Source of the DNA: Alphaproteobacteria bacterium
GTDB lineage: Bacteria; Pseudomonadota; Alphaproteobacteria; UBA7887
Direction of reading: 5' to 3'
Length of the DNA: 64,000 nt
Assembly: GCA_965216755.1 (NCBI GenBank)
Contig: CBDCGL010000011.1
Location: forward strand, 992,001 to 1,056,000
Shown in pieces: positions 62,534 to 64,000 of this stretch (positions are counted from its first letter, which is position 1; every line of letters starts with the position of its first letter). The notes beneath the pieces were generated by a model, which was not told the DNA's origin, ran no database searches, and saw only the letters and a list, made by a program, of their open reading frames with translations. The position numbers and the translations under genes were made by a program.

Positions 62534-64000
62534 ATGAACGACATCGCGATCGAAACACGCCCTACGCCGCCGGGCCCGGATCCGGTCCACGGACGCGATC
62601 GCGCGAAGCCAGGACAGGACGCCAGCGCGGCGCCGTTTGCGGCTTTGGTTGCGGCCGCAAGCCCGCAACAGGGCGAACCGACAGAAGCCCGCAATGATGC
62701 GGCACCTGAAAAGCAGGCGACCCCACATTCGAACCCAAATACTGGCCGCGAAGGAACTACCGCACCAGCCGGTGAGCAATCTGAAGCCGCACGTGTGGCG
62801 GCCAACGCCCCGGAATTGAACACCACAAAACGCGGCAAGACACCCGCCCCGTCAGTTCAAACTCCAATCCCGGAGATCAAGTCCGGTCCTTCGCCGCTAC
62901 CTGAGCAAAACCAGAGTATTGCCACTGGCGGTGCCGGCGACGAGGTGAATCGCAACGATAGATTGCAGGTGCCCACAGCCGGGCCCAAGGCAAACGCCGA
63001 TCAGGCCCCGATTCTGACAGCGATAGACGCCGCCAAAGGTGTCGAGGGGCCGGGCAAATCGGCCCCCCTCTCTTTCATAGACGGGGCGCAAGAAACGATC
63101 GAGAAGACAACCAAACCCGAGAGTCGGGCTCAACTGTCCACACCGTCGGCCGCGACAACGGCCGCCACGAAAGTTCAAACCGAATTGCCGAATGAGAATG
63201 GTGGTATCACGAAACCGCTGCCACCTGCCGAGCTACCAGCAACACGACGCGCGCCCTCGACGCCAGGGCCCGCCGGCAGCACGGTCGCCACGACCGCCCC
63301 CGCTTTTGACAGCGACTTGCCGGTCACAGCCAGCAACAACCCGATTGTGGCCGAGATGAATGTTTCACCGCGCGAGAGAATTCGCGCACCGCGAAGCCCA
63401 GCCGAAAAACCGACATCGAAGGCGTTTGCAGTGGGGTCCACGGACGGCGTAGCCAGCGAGAGTCCGAAAACGCTCGGTCGCGCCAACGGCGCGCAGTCGG
63501 GCGCTCCCTCGGCTGTTCTTGAGCAAGCCCTTCAAGAAGCGCGCAATATGGCGGCATCAAACGCGGGCGACACGCGACCCGGCGCAGGCCCCGGCAACGC
63601 TGTGTTCGCGGTTCCGGTGGATAACGCAATTGCGGCCGACAATACGGGCACACAAGCACCGTCAGTCGGATCCGTGGATGGCGTTAGGCTGGGCGGACTG
63701 GCCGGCGAGACCGGTACGCCGGCGATCCGCGCCGGTACCGCGCACCTGCCGGTTGCCGACCAAATCGCGGTTCAGATCACACGCGCCGTCGCCGGTGGTC
63801 AGGGTCAAATCAGAATCCGTCTGCACCCGGCCGAACTTGGCATGATCGACGTCAAATTGGAGATGTCTGATTCGGGCCGCCTGAGCACCACAATCGTAGT
63901 CGAACGACCAGAGACGCTTGATCTGCTGCAACGCGACGCGCGCTCTCTGGAAAAAGCACTTCAACAGGCCGGTCTGGACGCGAACAAAGACAGTTTGAAC
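62534..64000 (+). CDS. fliK: Flagellar hook-length control protein, 3'-truncated; absent from the ORF track because it has no stop in the window
   Basis: ATG at 62534 is in frame with the window end; long Pro/Ala/Thr-rich region, then QIRIRLHPAELGMIDV...RPETLDLLQRDARSLEKALQQAGL. Confidence 0.88.
   Translation, partial: MNDIAIETRPTPPGPDPVHGRDRAKPGQDASAAPFAALVAAASPQQGEPTEARNDAAPEKQATPHSNPNTGREGTTAPAGEQSEAARVAANAPELNTTKRGKTPAPSVQTPIPEIKSGPSPLPEQNQSIATGGAGDEVNRNDRLQVPTAGPKANADQAPILTAIDAAKGVEGPGKSAPLSFIDGAQETIEKTTKPESRAQLSTPSAATTAATKVQTELPNENGGITKPLPPAELPATRRAPSTPGPAGSTVATTAPAFDSDLPVTASNNPIVAEMNVSPRERIRAPRSPAEKPTSKAFAVGSTDGVASESPKTLGRANGAQSGAPSAVLEQALQEARNMAASNAGDTRPGAGPGNAVFAVPVDNAIAADNTGTQAPSVGSVDGVRLGGLAGETGTPAIRAGTAHLPVADQIAVQITRAVAGGQGQIRIRLHPAELGMIDVKLEMSDSGRLSTTIVVERPETLDLLQRDARSLEKALQQAGLDANKDSLN

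Overview
Chromosomal, GC-rich alphaproteobacterial window, probably Rhodospirillales-like, since tRNA-His keeps G-1:C73. It is mostly housekeeping and catabolic genes. In order: a DUF2336 protein, tRNA-His, sigma54/NtrC-controlled glnB-glnA, parE, several uncharacterised lipoprotein clusters, a decayed IS5-family element that truncated an EAL gene, a bioB-pxpA-biotin-carrier operon, an ABC importer built around a TorT-like binding protein, a collapsing rpoE-chrR / furan-fatty-acid (singlet-oxygen response) locus in which only the cfa-type methyltransferase is intact, the liv operon, a 110-bp palindromic element, a core MetE-like protein, hemA with a candidate Fur box, a TRAP binding protein, an RTX protein with six 345-bp near-identical repeats, a sugar-acid catabolic cluster, sua5, acyl-CoA dehydrogenases, metY, and a sigma54/ftr-controlled fliK running off the end. 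I saw no CRISPR array, prophage or recognisable defence system. The best candidates for undescribed systems are the TorT-type ABC importer, the lipoprotein / Tat-M48 peptidase / lipoprotein triad, and bioB-pxpA-BCCP. All calls come from reading motifs by eye; no searches were run.
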